A stretch of 64,000 nucleotides of DNA from an uncultured Clostridia bacterium (GTDB taxonomy: Bacteria > Bacillota > Clostridia > Oscillospirales > Butyricicoccaceae). The DNA is taken from NCBI GenBank assembly GCA_947648385.1, contig CANSNO010000002.1, positions 482 to 64,481 on the forward strand. The letters are read 5' to 3'. Positions 54,869 to 64,000 of the stretch are shown here, piece by piece. Positions within the stretch are counted from its first letter, which is position 1; each line of letters begins with the position of its first letter. A program made the position numbers and the translations under genes. The notes beneath the pieces were generated by a model. It was not told the DNA's origin, did not search any database, and was given only the letters and a program-made list of their open reading frames with translations.

Positions 54869-56231
54869 GAGATTTTGGGCGGCCACAGCGTGAGCTATGG
54901 CAAAAAATATCCGGTGAACGCACGCAAAAGCGGTGTGTGGGGGGTGCCCCGCGCTAACGGTGAACTCTAAAGTTGATTTATGGGTGAAACGGAGTTATAA
55001 TATATTCCGAAAAGGATGTGTTATAATGACAAAATTAAAGTTTCCCGAAGAAAAAAAGTATTATGTGTATGAGTGGTATATTATAAAAACAGGAGAAGTG
55101 TTTTATGTAGGCAAAGGATGCCGAGACCGTTGGAAAACCCGAAAAAGGGAAAATCATTATTTTATGAAAATGCTTGAAAACCATGATTGTGATGTGCGAA
55201 AAATTGCCGAGGGCTTATCTGAACAGGAGGCCTTCGAGCTGGAAATTGCCCGAATTAAGTTTTATCGGGAAAATACCGATTTTCGTCTCACAAATATACT
55301 GGATGGCGGAGAGCAGCCTCCGGTAATGCGCGGAGACAGTAGCCCGACAAAACGACCAGATGTGCGAGAGAGAATAAGTAGTGCGCTTTCAAATCTTTAT
55401 AGTAGGGAACCTTATCGTAGAAAAACTGTTTCTCAAAGAATGAAGTTGTTCTATTCCAGTGACGAGGGTAAGCAAACGGCTCAAAAAAGGAGCCAGACGG
55501 TTATGTCTGACCCTATTATCAAAGAAAAAATTAAGCAGAGCAATCTTCGTTTTTGGGATGACCCGAAGAAAAAAGACGAAAAGTCTAAAATTATGAAAGC
55601 TGCTTATGCGTCTCCGGAGGTCAGAGCTAAAATCACGGGCAAAAACAACGGGGCGTCAAGAACAATAAAGCAATATGATTTAGATGGCAAATACTTGGCT
55701 ACATATGAAACACTTATTGAAGCAGAGGCTAAAACAGGTGTTAGCTACAAAAGCATTTCCAAGGCGCTCAGGGGACATAGAAAGACAGCGGGCGGCTTTA
55801 TGTGGCAATTCGCTGATGGTAAAACGATTACTTATTCCAAAAGACGGCCTTATAAGGTAAAGCCTGAGAGAAACAGACGAAAAGTTGCCCAGTATTCCCT
55901 TGATGGCAATTTGATAGCCGTTTATGAATCTCTTGAGGATGCCACAGTAAAAAATGATTTTCATACGCATACGAACATAAGCGCAAATCTGAGCGGCCGG
56001 ACAAAGTCGGCCTATGGATTTGTGTGGCGATACTATAATCAACCATGAGAATACCGTGCCAAGCCCAAAGGAAGCCGCAGCATTGCGGCTTTTTCTTTTG
56101 GGAAGGTGTAACGACTAACCCGAATGGGTGTAGGGCGGAGACTAGCGCCGCCCGAAGTGCCGGACCTCTCAAGGAGAGGAAGAGATAGTCTAAACCCCTA
56201 AAAAATATCGGGAAACCGAGGGTAGTAATTG
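54869..56231 (+). mobile_element. Group I intron (1363 nt) with an internal GIY-YIG homing endonuclease ORF
   Basis: The 5' exon ends in U. GGGC (54877-54880) can form P1 with a G-U wobble. An R-like element GTAACGACTAAC (56108-56119) and an S-like element AGAGATAGTCTA (56181-56192) form P7 (GACTA/TAGTC). The P8 hairpin is CCTCT/AGAGG (56165-56179). The terminal nucleotide is G 56231, and the segment is low in GC. Confidence 0.8.
55026..56048 (+). CDS. GIY-YIG homing endonuclease with NUMOD3-type repeats
   Basis: YVYEWYIIKTGEVFYVGKG...R is the GIY-YIG motif. NUMOD3-like repeats are RPDVRERISSAL, PIIKEKIKQSNL and SPEVRAKITGKN. Two C-terminal HTH-like repeats are ISKALRG..KTAGGFMW and ISANLSG..KSAYGFVW. 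Confidence 0.85.
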   Translation: MTKLKFPEEKKYYVYEWYIIKTGEVFYVGKGCRDRWKTRKRENHYFMKMLENHDCDVRKIAEGLSEQEAFELEIARIKFYRENTDFRLTNILDGGEQPPVMRGDSSPTKRPDVRERISSALSNLYSREPYRRKTVSQRMKLFYSSDEGKQTAQKRSQTVMSDPIIKEKIKQSNLRFWDDPKKKDEKSKIMKAAYASPEVRAKITGKNNGASRTIKQYDLDGKYLATYETLIEAEAKTGVSYKSISKALRGHRKTAGGFMWQFADGKTITYSKRRPYKVKPERNRRKVAQYSLDGNLIAVYESLEDATVKNDFHTHTNISANLSGRTKSAYGFVWRYYNQP

Positions 56232-58902
56232 AAAAAACCTCGGCATAGTCATGACCGAGACCAACCTCAAGGCCTTCGCCCTTGAGCAGGGCTGGACAAA
56301 GCAGTACAAGGAGCTCGACCAGCTGGAAAAAATGCAGCTGAGGTATCAGTATGTGCTGGCCAATACGACAAACGCCCAGGGCGACTTTGCCCGAACAAGC
56401 GACGGCTATGCAAACTCGGCCAGAATACTCAAGGAATCGCTCAAGGAAGCGGCTGCCACCATGGGCGAGGAGCTTTTGCCTGTTGTGACGCCTCTTATAG
56501 GCCGCCTGTCCGAGTTGGTACAGCACTTTGCCGACATGGACGAGGGCACCCGAAAGGCCCTTGTGACGGCCGGTCTGTTTTTGGCAACTCTCGGCCCGGC
56601 AACCAAGCTGACGGGCGGGCTGACCTCAGCCCTCGGGGCCGGAATAAGCGCCTATAAGGGCCTCAAGGAGGCCCAGGCGGCGGCCACGGCAGGGCAAAGC
56701 CTGTTCAACACGGCCATCGGCATGAGCACAAATCCCCTCGGGGCCATTGTCACAGGAGTCGGCGCTGTCATCAGCGTGCTGGCCGCCCTTTCGGCGGCTA
56801 TGGCGCTCGCGGGGGACGGCACGGACAGCTACGGCGAGAAGGTAAAGGAGTTGACCGAGAGCCTTGAGGAGGCCCGTGAGGAGCGCCAAAAGGCCCTTGA
56901 GGAAATAGAAGAGGAAAAAGCCTCCACTCTTGATACGGTTGAGGCTTTGACAGATTTGGTCGATGCCGAGGAAAAGACGGTCGCGGAAAAGGAGACCATC
57001 AAAAAGCTGGTGGATGACCTCAATGAGAGCGTCCCCGGTCTGGCTCTGGCCTACGACGAACAGACCGACAGTCTTAACATGACCGCCGAGGCCGTCAGGG
57101 AGCTGGCCATTGCCGAGGCCGAGAGGGCGGCCCAAAAGCAGCTTATTGACAGTTTGGCCGAGGCATATACCGACCAGGCGAGGATAGACGCCGAGCTGGC
57201 GGAGGCCGAGGAACATCTGGCCGAGGTGCAGGGCAAATTGAGCGGCGCCATGCTTGAGGGCACCGGGGAGTCCGAGGGTTACAGCGCCGAGACCGAAAAA
57301 CTTTCACTTGAACTGTTGGAGGCGCAACAGAGCGTCGACAGGCTCAAGGACGCCCAGCAGGCCGCCAATAACGAGATAGCCGCGGCCGAGGACGCTCTTA
57401 ACAGATACACCCCTACAGTCAGTCAGCTTACCGCCACCGATGAGCAGCTCAAAGAAACGACCGACAGGCTGCTTAACGCCACCGAGGGCCTGACAGAGGC
57501 CGAAATAAATGAGCAGATAGCGGCCTTGCAGTCACAAAAGAGGTCGGCCGAGCTGAGGCTGGCCCGATTGCAGGAGGCCCAGAGCACAATGGGCGTCACC
57601 GGGGCCGTTTTGGCCCTTGCCAAGGCCTACGGTACAGAGAACAAGGCCCAGGCACAAATAGATTCGGCCAACGAGCAGATAGCCGCGCTGGAAAAGCTCA
57701 AGGCGTCGCTGAATAGTGCCAATAGCTCGACAGGCAGCAGCTCAAAAAAGGCCGCCAAGGAGATAGACAAGCAGACCGAGGCCTATAAAAAACAGCGCGA
57801 GGAGCTTGACCATCTGCTGACCATGGGCCAGATAAAGGAGGAGGAATATTATTCCCGCTTGGCCGAACTGAGGGACGAATACCTCTCTGACGACAAGCAC
57901 CTCTCCGATTACCGTAAGGTGACCGAGGAGATATATAAATACGACCAGAACCTTGCCGAAAAGGAAAAAGAGCTCTGGCGGGAGCAGACGGAAGAACTTG
58001 CCGAACAGCTCGAAGACCGTCTCGACGCCGTCACGGACAAGCAGCAGGATATGGAAAAGCGCCTGTCCGGCTATGGCGACCTGTTTGAGACCAACAAAAA
58101 GGGCAAAGTCAAGCTGGGCGACCTGCAAAAGCAGATTGACGCCATGGACGAATACGCCCAGACCCTTGATAAGCTCAAAGAGGCGGGGGTCAGTCAGGGC
58201 CTGATGGACGAGATTGCCTCCATGGACATCGACGAAGCTGTGGCCTACGGCAAAAAGCTCCTTGCAAAGAACGGCGAGGAGCTGGAAGAGTATGTCGCCC
58301 TGTGGGAGGAAAAGCAGGCCAAGGCCCTTGAGATATCCTCCCGCTTTTATTCGGAGGAGCTCAAAAAGATAGAGGAGGACTACAACGCCCAGCTGGGCGC
58401 GGCTCTCGATGTGCTGACCAACACGGCCTATCAGAGCGGCGTCGACACGGCCGAGGGGCTGCTCAAGGGCTTGGAGTCCAAGGAGAGAGAGCTTTACGCC
58501 AAGGCCGGCAGCATTGGCGCGGAAATAGCCAGACTTATGTCGGCGGCAGAGAAGCCCCTGACGGTGGACGGCTCCCACGCGGGCGGACTGCCTTATGTCC
58601 CCTTTGACGGGTATGTGGCCGAACTTCACCGCGGCGAAAGGGTGCTGACGGCCAAAGAGGCCCAGGAATATATTAGAACAAGTATTCCGTCAAGCCTTGA
58701 GGGCACGAAAAAGAGCGGCGCCGTCACAAAAGAGGGCCTCGGTCAAATGCTGGCCCAGACGGTCAACGCCCTTAATGTATCGTCGCCCCAGACAGGCAGT
58801 GGTGATTTGGTGATATCGGTGCCGGTCAACGGCGCCGAACTGGCCCGCGCCGTCATCAAGGATTTTCGTCAGGTCTCCCGCGCCGACCCCGAGGAGTTTT
58901 AA
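56232..58902 (+). CDS. Tail tape measure protein, exon 2
   Basis: Continues the frame as (L)KNLGIVMTETNLKAFALEQGW..., followed by long coiled coils. An in-frame stop at 56230-56232 in unspliced DNA bounds the exon. Confidence 0.85.
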
Positions 58903-58916
58903 GTAAGGAGGCAATC

Positions 58917-59315
58917 ATGGCACATATAACACAGCTTATAATAAACGGGGTCAGGCTGCCTTACGCCAGCAGGGACAGATATCAGGCAAAAGAGGAGCTT
59001 TTGGGCGAGACAAGAGAGATGATTTCAGGCCGCGTTACCACCGAGGGCAGAGGTCTGGTCTATTTTGTGCGCTACGAATACGATTACATACTGCCTGAAA
59101 TATGGAACGCGATATCTCCGTACCTCAAAAATAAAAAGGCTTTCCCCTGCACCTTTTTGACCACCGAGGGAGAGATGAAAGTGACGAACATGGTTTGCAC
59201 CGAGCTGACACAGCCCTCCTTCGCCTTTGATATAAACGGGAAAGCCTATTGGCACAATATATCTTTTACACTGAGAGAGGAGCGCCCCCATGCTGATAAC
59301 CAGTCAGGAGTATAA
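58917..59315 (+). CDS. Distal-tail-position protein (hypothetical, 132 aa)
   Basis: AAGGAGG RBS, immediately after the tape-measure gene. No firm motif. Confidence 0.5.
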   Translation: MAHITQLIINGVRLPYASRDRYQAKEELLGETREMISGRVTTEGRGLVYFVRYEYDYILPEIWNAISPYLKNKKAFPCTFLTTEGEMKVTNMVCTELTQPSFAFDINGKAYWHNISFTLREERPHADNQSGV

Positions 59316-61404
59316 AACAGCGGTCACCGCCGATGTGCGCCGTATGGTGATAAAGGCCATATTTGACATGATATCCCCCGATATCGTATACGGCGAGGGA
59401 ATAGCCTTTGACGCCGCCCCAACCTCGCGTCTGTCACAGCTCTGGGATAAGGATAAAACATATGACAATCCCTATGCCACACTTGAGCTTGACCGCTGGC
59501 GCCTCGACGGAAGCATGGAGGTTTATCCCGATGGCTACAAAAACCTTTTGGGACAGGCGGGATATGAGAGTATGCGCCTGTCGGACGAGCAATGCCTTTT
59601 TGCGGAACCTTACCCTTGGGTCATGCTTCCTTTTTCGGGGGTGACGGTACTTCAGGCCTGCTCGGTGTGGTTCCCCGGCGGCCCCGACGGTGTGGCCGCC
59701 GATTTCACAGTCGATATAATGCGAGGCGACACTGTGGCTTACAGGCGGCAGTTTGAGGGCAACGAGGAGAGAGAAGCCTATTTGTCGGGCTTTACCGTTT
59801 ATAACCCCACGGGGATAAAGGTCACCGTCTCCCGCTGGTCTCGTCCATCCCGTCGTTGCCGCGTCGTCGAGATAATCCCGGGGCTGTATGAGGACTGGGA
59901 CGGCGATGTTATATCCTCTCTGAGAATAAATCAAAAGGTCAACATGGCGGGAACAGCCCTCCCATACGGTACAGCCACCCTGACGATAGACAACCTCGAC
60001 CGCCGCTTTGAGTGGCGCAACAAGCAGGGCGTTTTTCTCTCCCTTGAGGAGAGGCAGGGAATAAAGATAAGTATTGGGCCGGAGCTTCAGGGCGGCAAGG
60101 CAGAAACGGTGCCCGTCGGCACCTTTTATCAGTATTCGGGCGGCTGGAAAACAAGCGACAACACGGCCGCCATCACATGGGAGCTTGTAGATATTATAGG
60201 CCTGCTGTCAAACCGCGCCTTTGATGTCCCCGACACCTTGCCCACCACCTTAAAGGGGTGGGGCCTCTGCCTTGTGGGTCAGCTGGGAACGCGCTTTGAG
60301 AATAAACTGGTCATTTCCGACGCGCTGGCAGACATACCGATGACGGTATCGAGAGAGCATTTGACAGGGATAAAATGCGGCGATGTGCTGAGATATATCT
60401 GCATGGCCGCCGCCTGTTATCCTATGGCCGACCCCGTGAGCGGCGGGCTGGCAATTTTGAAGCCGCCCTCCGTCGGCGGAGGTATAACCCTCGACAATAT
60501 GGAGAGTTATCCGGCCATAGCCGCCGGCGATGATGTGGCTTATATAGACATTAAAATATATGGCAATACAGAGGACACGGTCAGGCTGTCCGGCACGACC
60601 ACGGCGTCGGCAAACACATTGAGCATACAAAACCCTTTTATTCACACCAGAGAAGAGGCCCTCAAGGTGGGCAGGCATATTCTTTCCTGCTACGGGGGAC
60701 AGCAGATATCGGTCGTTGGCAGGGGGAACCCGGCCGACCAGTGCGGCGATGTTATGCAGATAGAGCTTGACGGCTCCACGGCAACGGCGGCGAGGCAGAT
60801 ATCCCGAGAGCTGAGCTTTTCGGGTGGCGTTATGAAAAGCCTCCCCTCGTCCTTTATCCGTCCCGATGGCGCGGCGCTGTACAGTGAGCGTGTGGTACTT
60901 ACGGGAAGCGGCCAATGGACCGGCCCGGCCGGCGTCACCGATTTTTTTGCCATATTGGTGGGCGGAGGTCAGGACGGCGGCAATGGCACAGACGGCAGCT
61001 GGCGCGGAGCCGGGGAAAACGGAGCTGACGGCGCCGGCGGCAAGGTGTTCGCCGCCCGGATAAGCATAAACGACGGACAGATAATAAGCTATGCCTGCGG
61101 CGTCGGTGGCGTGGAGCCCGGCGAGACGACCTTCGGCATATACAGCTCGGCAGCAGGTATAAGGGCAGGCGGCTATACCGACATAAACAGCGGCGAGGTC
61201 TATGGCCGCGACGGTGTGAGTAACCCGTTGCCCGGTTCGGGCGACGGAGGAAAAGGCGGCTCCGGCGGCGCGGCTGGTAACCGAGAATGGGACGACTTCG
61301 AGGAGAAATACGAGGTCGACAATTACCCTGGGCGCGGCCGAAAGGGAGCCAAGGGCGCCGCCGGCAGCATTATCATTTGGTACGAGAGAGGAGGCGTTGA
61401 ATAA
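59290..61404 (+). CDS. Tail tip / tail-associated protein with a C-terminal glycine-rich domain
   Basis: 704 aa in the Tal position. The C-terminus is GGGQDGGNGTDG..GENGADGAGG......GSGDGGKGGSGGAAG...GRGRKGAKGAAGSIIIW. Confidence 0.65.
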   Translation: MLITSQEYKTAVTADVRRMVIKAIFDMISPDIVYGEGIAFDAAPTSRLSQLWDKDKTYDNPYATLELDRWRLDGSMEVYPDGYKNLLGQAGYESMRLSDEQCLFAEPYPWVMLPFSGVTVLQACSVWFPGGPDGVAADFTVDIMRGDTVAYRRQFEGNEEREAYLSGFTVYNPTGIKVTVSRWSRPSRRCRVVEIIPGLYEDWDGDVISSLRINQKVNMAGTALPYGTATLTIDNLDRRFEWRNKQGVFLSLEERQGIKISIGPELQGGKAETVPVGTFYQYSGGWKTSDNTAAITWELVDIIGLLSNRAFDVPDTLPTTLKGWGLCLVGQLGTRFENKLVISDALADIPMTVSREHLTGIKCGDVLRYICMAAACYPMADPVSGGLAILKPPSVGGGITLDNMESYPAIAAGDDVAYIDIKIYGNTEDTVRLSGTTTASANTLSIQNPFIHTREEALKVGRHILSCYGGQQISVVGRGNPADQCGDVMQIELDGSTATAARQISRELSFSGGVMKSLPSSFIRPDGAALYSERVVLTGSGQWTGPAGVTDFFAILVGGGQDGGNGTDGSWRGAGENGADGAGGKVFAARISINDGQIISYACGVGGVEPGETTFGIYSSAAGIRAGGYTDINSGEVYGRDGVSNPLPGSGDGGKGGSGGAAGNREWDDFEEKYEVDNYPGRGRKGAKGAAGSIIIWYERGGVE

Positions 61405-61572
61405 ATGGCCGAATATGTTTACAGGCCGAAGTTCACAGATATTTTTATCACGCCGAATCCGGCGGCGGCAAAGGCCTCTTTGAAAATATCTGTCTCGGTG
61501 ACAGATGAGGAAATCGACCTTGTTGAGTTTGTCCCGAGGTCGGGAGAGATTTATTCCAACGAGGTCGATTAA
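61405..61572 (+). CDS. 55-aa tail-region ORF (hypothetical; below the ORF-track cutoff)
   Basis: Hand translation gives MAEYVYRPKFTDIFITPNPAAAKASLKISVSVTDEEIDLVEFVPRSGEIYSNEVD. ITPNP..A......ISV echoes the C-terminus of the next protein (INPNPADAGATVIISVEV). Confidence 0.4.
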   Translation: MAEYVYRPKFTDIFITPNPAAAKASLKISVSVTDEEIDLVEFVPRSGEIYSNEVD

Positions 61573-61592
61573 AGAGAGGAGTGATTTTGTAA

Positions 61593-62510
61593 ATGGCTAT
61601 TTCAACAGTTCGAGTACAGCTTAACGGCGTATGGCATAGCCTGACGCTGAACCCTTCCAACGGGAAGTGGGAGGCCACCGTCACCGCGCCGTCGGTTACA
61701 TCATATAACCTGACAGGACATTATTATCCTGTGATCGCGGAGGCCACCAATCAGGCGGGGACAAAGACGACGATAAACGCTCAGGACGCCGCCCTTGGCG
61801 ACAGCCTGCGCCTTGAGGTCAAGGAAAAGGTCAAGCCGGTTGTCACGATAACAAGCCCCGCCGCCGGCGCGTATATATCGAACAACAGCCAGTCCGTTAC
61901 GGTACAGCTGAGGGATGAGGCCGGCGGCTCCGGCGTGGATATCTCTACGCTGTCCTTCAAAATTGACGGCGTCTCCTATACAAACGCCAGTGCGGAGATA
62001 ACTTCCACGGCTGTGACAAACGGCTATAATGTGACCTTTACGCCGTCCACCGCCATGGCGGACGGCCTTCACAATGTGGAGGTGCAGGTCTCGGATTTCG
62101 ATGGCAACCGCAATGTCGCCGTAACATCGTCCTTCACGGTGGATACGGTGCCTCCCACTTTGAGCGTGACCGCGCCCGCGAACGGGCTTATAACAGCCGT
62201 CGCGGCGGTCAATATTACGGGAACCACCAACGACACGACCTCCAGTCCCGTCGTCCTCACTGTCAAGCTCAACGGGACAGATCAGGGTGCCGTCACGGTC
62301 GGCGCGGACGGCTCCTTCTCCAAGACCGTGACCCTTGCCGAAGGCGAAAACACGATAGAGGTCAAGGCCGTGGATAAGGCCGGAAAATCCACCACAGTCA
62401 TAAGAAAGGCGGTTTTGGACACCACCTCGCCGCAGTTTGTCTCGGCCGCAATAAATCCCAACCCTGCCGACGCTGGGGCCACCGTTATTATCAGCGTGGA
62501 GGTCAAGTAG
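61593..62510 (+). CDS. Ig-like-domain tail decoration/fibre protein
   Basis: Repeated beta-rich T/S/V/N modules (PVVTITSPAAGAYISN..., PPTLSVTAPANGLITA..., GENTIEVKAVDKAGKS) are typical of bacterial Ig-like domains. Confidence 0.6.
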   Translation: MAISTVRVQLNGVWHSLTLNPSNGKWEATVTAPSVTSYNLTGHYYPVIAEATNQAGTKTTINAQDAALGDSLRLEVKEKVKPVVTITSPAAGAYISNNSQSVTVQLRDEAGGSGVDISTLSFKIDGVSYTNASAEITSTAVTNGYNVTFTPSTAMADGLHNVEVQVSDFDGNRNVAVTSSFTVDTVPPTLSVTAPANGLITAVAAVNITGTTNDTTSSPVVLTVKLNGTDQGAVTVGADGSFSKTVTLAEGENTIEVKAVDKAGKSTTVIRKAVLDTTSPQFVSAAINPNPADAGATVIISVEVK

Positions 62511-62512
62511 CA

Positions 62513-63136
62513 ATGCCTGCCGATACCAAACAGACCGTTTCCGCCCGTATGGGCGCGGACACCGTATATGTGACCGGAACTGTCAACGGCAAGGCTGTGC
62601 AGTGGCAGAAGCGGTCTGCCGGTATCTGGCAGACTACCGTTGACAAAGCGGAAAACGGCGTATACGCTGTGTCCATTACGGCCTATGACGAGTTCGGGAG
62701 AACTACCGATTATGCGACGACCCTGAGATACGGCATTTATACAATTACGGACCGAACTCTGGATGATGTTTTGAATAAAACAAGCAAAGGATACTATAAC
62801 GCGGAGGATCTCAACAGAGTCGAGTTTATTGTATCTGTTCTGGCTGAGCAGCTCAAGAGCTATGGCTATACGGTGGAGGTCGAGCCCCGCAGGGATTGGA
62901 AGATGACAGATATTCCGACCGTAAAGGATATGGACAAATATCTGGACAATGTCCGAAAGCTCAGGGATGCCTATTATGTGTTGCCGGATACGCCGAATGT
63001 TCCGGAGAACATGATTCGCCTGACCTACACGGAGGCAAATGATATAGAGAAGATTTTGAGCGTTTTATATTTTCTACTGGAAAATATGAAGCGCTCCTTT
63101 CTATATTGCGGCGAGCTTTACTGCGGCGAACAGTGA
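62513..63136 (+). CDS. Tail fibre-associated protein (hypothetical)
   Basis: 207 aa, coupled to the upstream gene. GC falls in the second half. Confidence 0.5.
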   Translation: MPADTKQTVSARMGADTVYVTGTVNGKAVQWQKRSAGIWQTTVDKAENGVYAVSITAYDEFGRTTDYATTLRYGIYTITDRTLDDVLNKTSKGYYNAEDLNRVEFIVSVLAEQLKSYGYTVEVEPRRDWKMTDIPTVKDMDKYLDNVRKLRDAYYVLPDTPNVPENMIRLTYTEANDIEKILSVLYFLLENMKRSFLYCGELYCGEQ

Positions 63137-63170
63137 AGCGTTAAGTATTAAAGGAGAGTGATAATAGAGC

Positions 63171-63914
63171 ATGAAAGACAGAATACCTACACATCCGGGC
63201 AGGGTAAAGCTGGTCCCCGTGGCGGGGCAGGCCGACACCTACGACATGGTGCGCGCCGACGAGCCGATAGAAGAGGGCACGCCGCTGAATAAGGCCAGCC
63301 TCTTACAGGACAGCACAGCGACAGCAATCGGCCTTGACACAAATAGTGACCCGACGGTAGATGACGCGTTGGCTTATATTTCTAAAAGTGTAATGCATAT
63401 AGGGCTGCAGTGTCTGTCCCCCGAGACAGGAATTCCAACCATCCCACGAGTCGAAACTGTCGGCCCTTCAAGCCATGTAGGTCTTGGAAGGGGGGAAAAT
63501 GAAAGCATAATTAACTTTAATTTCTATCCCGAAAGCGCAAGAGAGGATACAAAAATAGCTTTTTTCCAAGGCGCCACTTTTACCAGAGGCGGTGCATCAT
63601 CGAGTGGATCGGGAAATGCGCGCACTATAATTAGCATTAGTTGCCATACAGACGCAGGTATGTCTCCCGAAATCATACTGTATGATAAAACAACAGGCAT
63701 ATCTACACTGGCAACAGGTATCATTGCAGAGTTAAATAGAATTGTAAATCGAAATCTATATTTGGATTTTGGCGTAGCATTAACGCCCTCTGATAATAAT
63801 TATTTTTCTATAAAGGTCCATACAACAAGAGTAGATGGAACAGGAAGTAACTACGCGGAGGTGAATGCCTCTGAACCGCTTATGAGAGGCCTTTTAACAA
63901 AAGAGGTGTTATAA
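63171..63914 (+). CDS. Tail fibre / receptor-binding candidate
   Basis: The conserved N-terminus MKDRIPTHPGRVKLVPV....DTYDMVRADEPIEEGTPLNKASLL is common to Firmicute prophage fibres. The C-terminal two thirds are AT-rich and unrelated. Confidence 0.55.
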   Translation: MKDRIPTHPGRVKLVPVAGQADTYDMVRADEPIEEGTPLNKASLLQDSTATAIGLDTNSDPTVDDALAYISKSVMHIGLQCLSPETGIPTIPRVETVGPSSHVGLGRGENESIINFNFYPESAREDTKIAFFQGATFTRGGASSSGSGNARTIISISCHTDAGMSPEIILYDKTTGISTLATGIIAELNRIVNRNLYLDFGVALTPSDNNYFSIKVHTTRVDGTGSNYAEVNASEPLMRGLLTKEVL

Positions 63915-63916
63915 GA

Positions 63917-64000
63917 ATGAACAGTAAAAACAACTGGATAAGGGACTACCTGGGCGTCACGGCGTGGCACAAGGTGGGGTATGACGGTTCGAGGGGCCTG
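63917..64000 (+). CDS. Partial ORF, possibly a subtilase-like or tail-associated enzyme N-terminus
   Basis: MNSKNNWIRDYLGVTAWHKVGYDGSRGL resembles the A-W-x-x-G-Y-x-G-x-G lead-in of S8 peptidases. Only 28 codons are visible. Confidence 0.3.
   Translation, partial: MNSKNNWIRDYLGVTAWHKVGYDGSRGL

Larger units (their letters stand above)
31538..64000. mobile_element. HK97-type siphovirus-like prophage integrated next to tRNA-Ser; right end lies beyond the window
   Basis: An integrase is adjacent to the tRNA 3' end, followed by lysogeny switch, replication, packaging, head, tail and tail-tip modules in canonical order. The exact att core cannot be determined because attR is not in the window. 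Confidence 0.88.

Noticed and set aside
53919-58902. Tape measure as a disrupted pseudogene, or as two natural subunits
   Set aside because: The interruption has exact group I splice-site conventions and core elements, contains a homing endonuclease, and its removal restores frame and a conserved motif. An intron is therefore the better explanation. An intein is excluded because stop codons are present.

Overview
The window is a high-GC (about 55-60%) Firmicutes/Clostridia-type chromosome, read by eye with family calls made from remembered motifs and no searches run. Positions 1-31.5 kb are chromosomal: secA (partial), prfB, an MscS channel, a YhaM-like RNase and an ApbE / NusG-domain-II / Gx-transporter operon. 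Next come a lysine-riboswitch-like leader in front of a YfcC-family transporter plus M20 peptidase, two more M20 hydrolases and a FAD/Rieske oxidoreductase. After these lie a lower-GC M-R-M cytosine-methyltransferase restriction-modification island, RidA and a transglutaminase-like lipoprotein. A pilus/T2SS-like cluster (GspF-like, four small membrane proteins, PilT-like ATPase) abuts a Bce-like two-component system and an ABC transporter with a 1206-aa coiled-coil FtsX permease. This part ends with a cold-shock gene and tRNA-Ser(CGA). From about 31.5 kb to the window end is an HK97-type siphovirus-like prophage integrated beside tRNA-Ser. It carries an integrase, an ImmA/XRE/Cro switch, and a DUF2800-DUF2815-PolA-VirE-VRR-NUC-SNF2 replication module. 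Its late region runs HNH, TerS, TerL, portal, protease, capsid, neck, tail, tape measure and distal tail genes. The strongest finding is that the tape-measure gene is split by a 1363-nt group I intron carrying a GIY-YIG/NUMOD3 homing endonuclease, with splice sites and P7/P8 core elements readable in the sequence. Other leads are a phage Spo0A-C-terminal-domain-only gene next to phased 0A-box-like repeats, an iteron-rich candidate phage origin, and a promoter-terminator leader before the late operon. Further leads are a basic C-terminal extension on the portal followed by an acidic ORF, twin hairpins bracketing the protease gene, a 67-bp duplication of a gene 3' end, and the riboswitch-controlled transporter/peptidase operon. 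Many long ORFs in the supplied track are antisense GC shadow ORFs and were not called.
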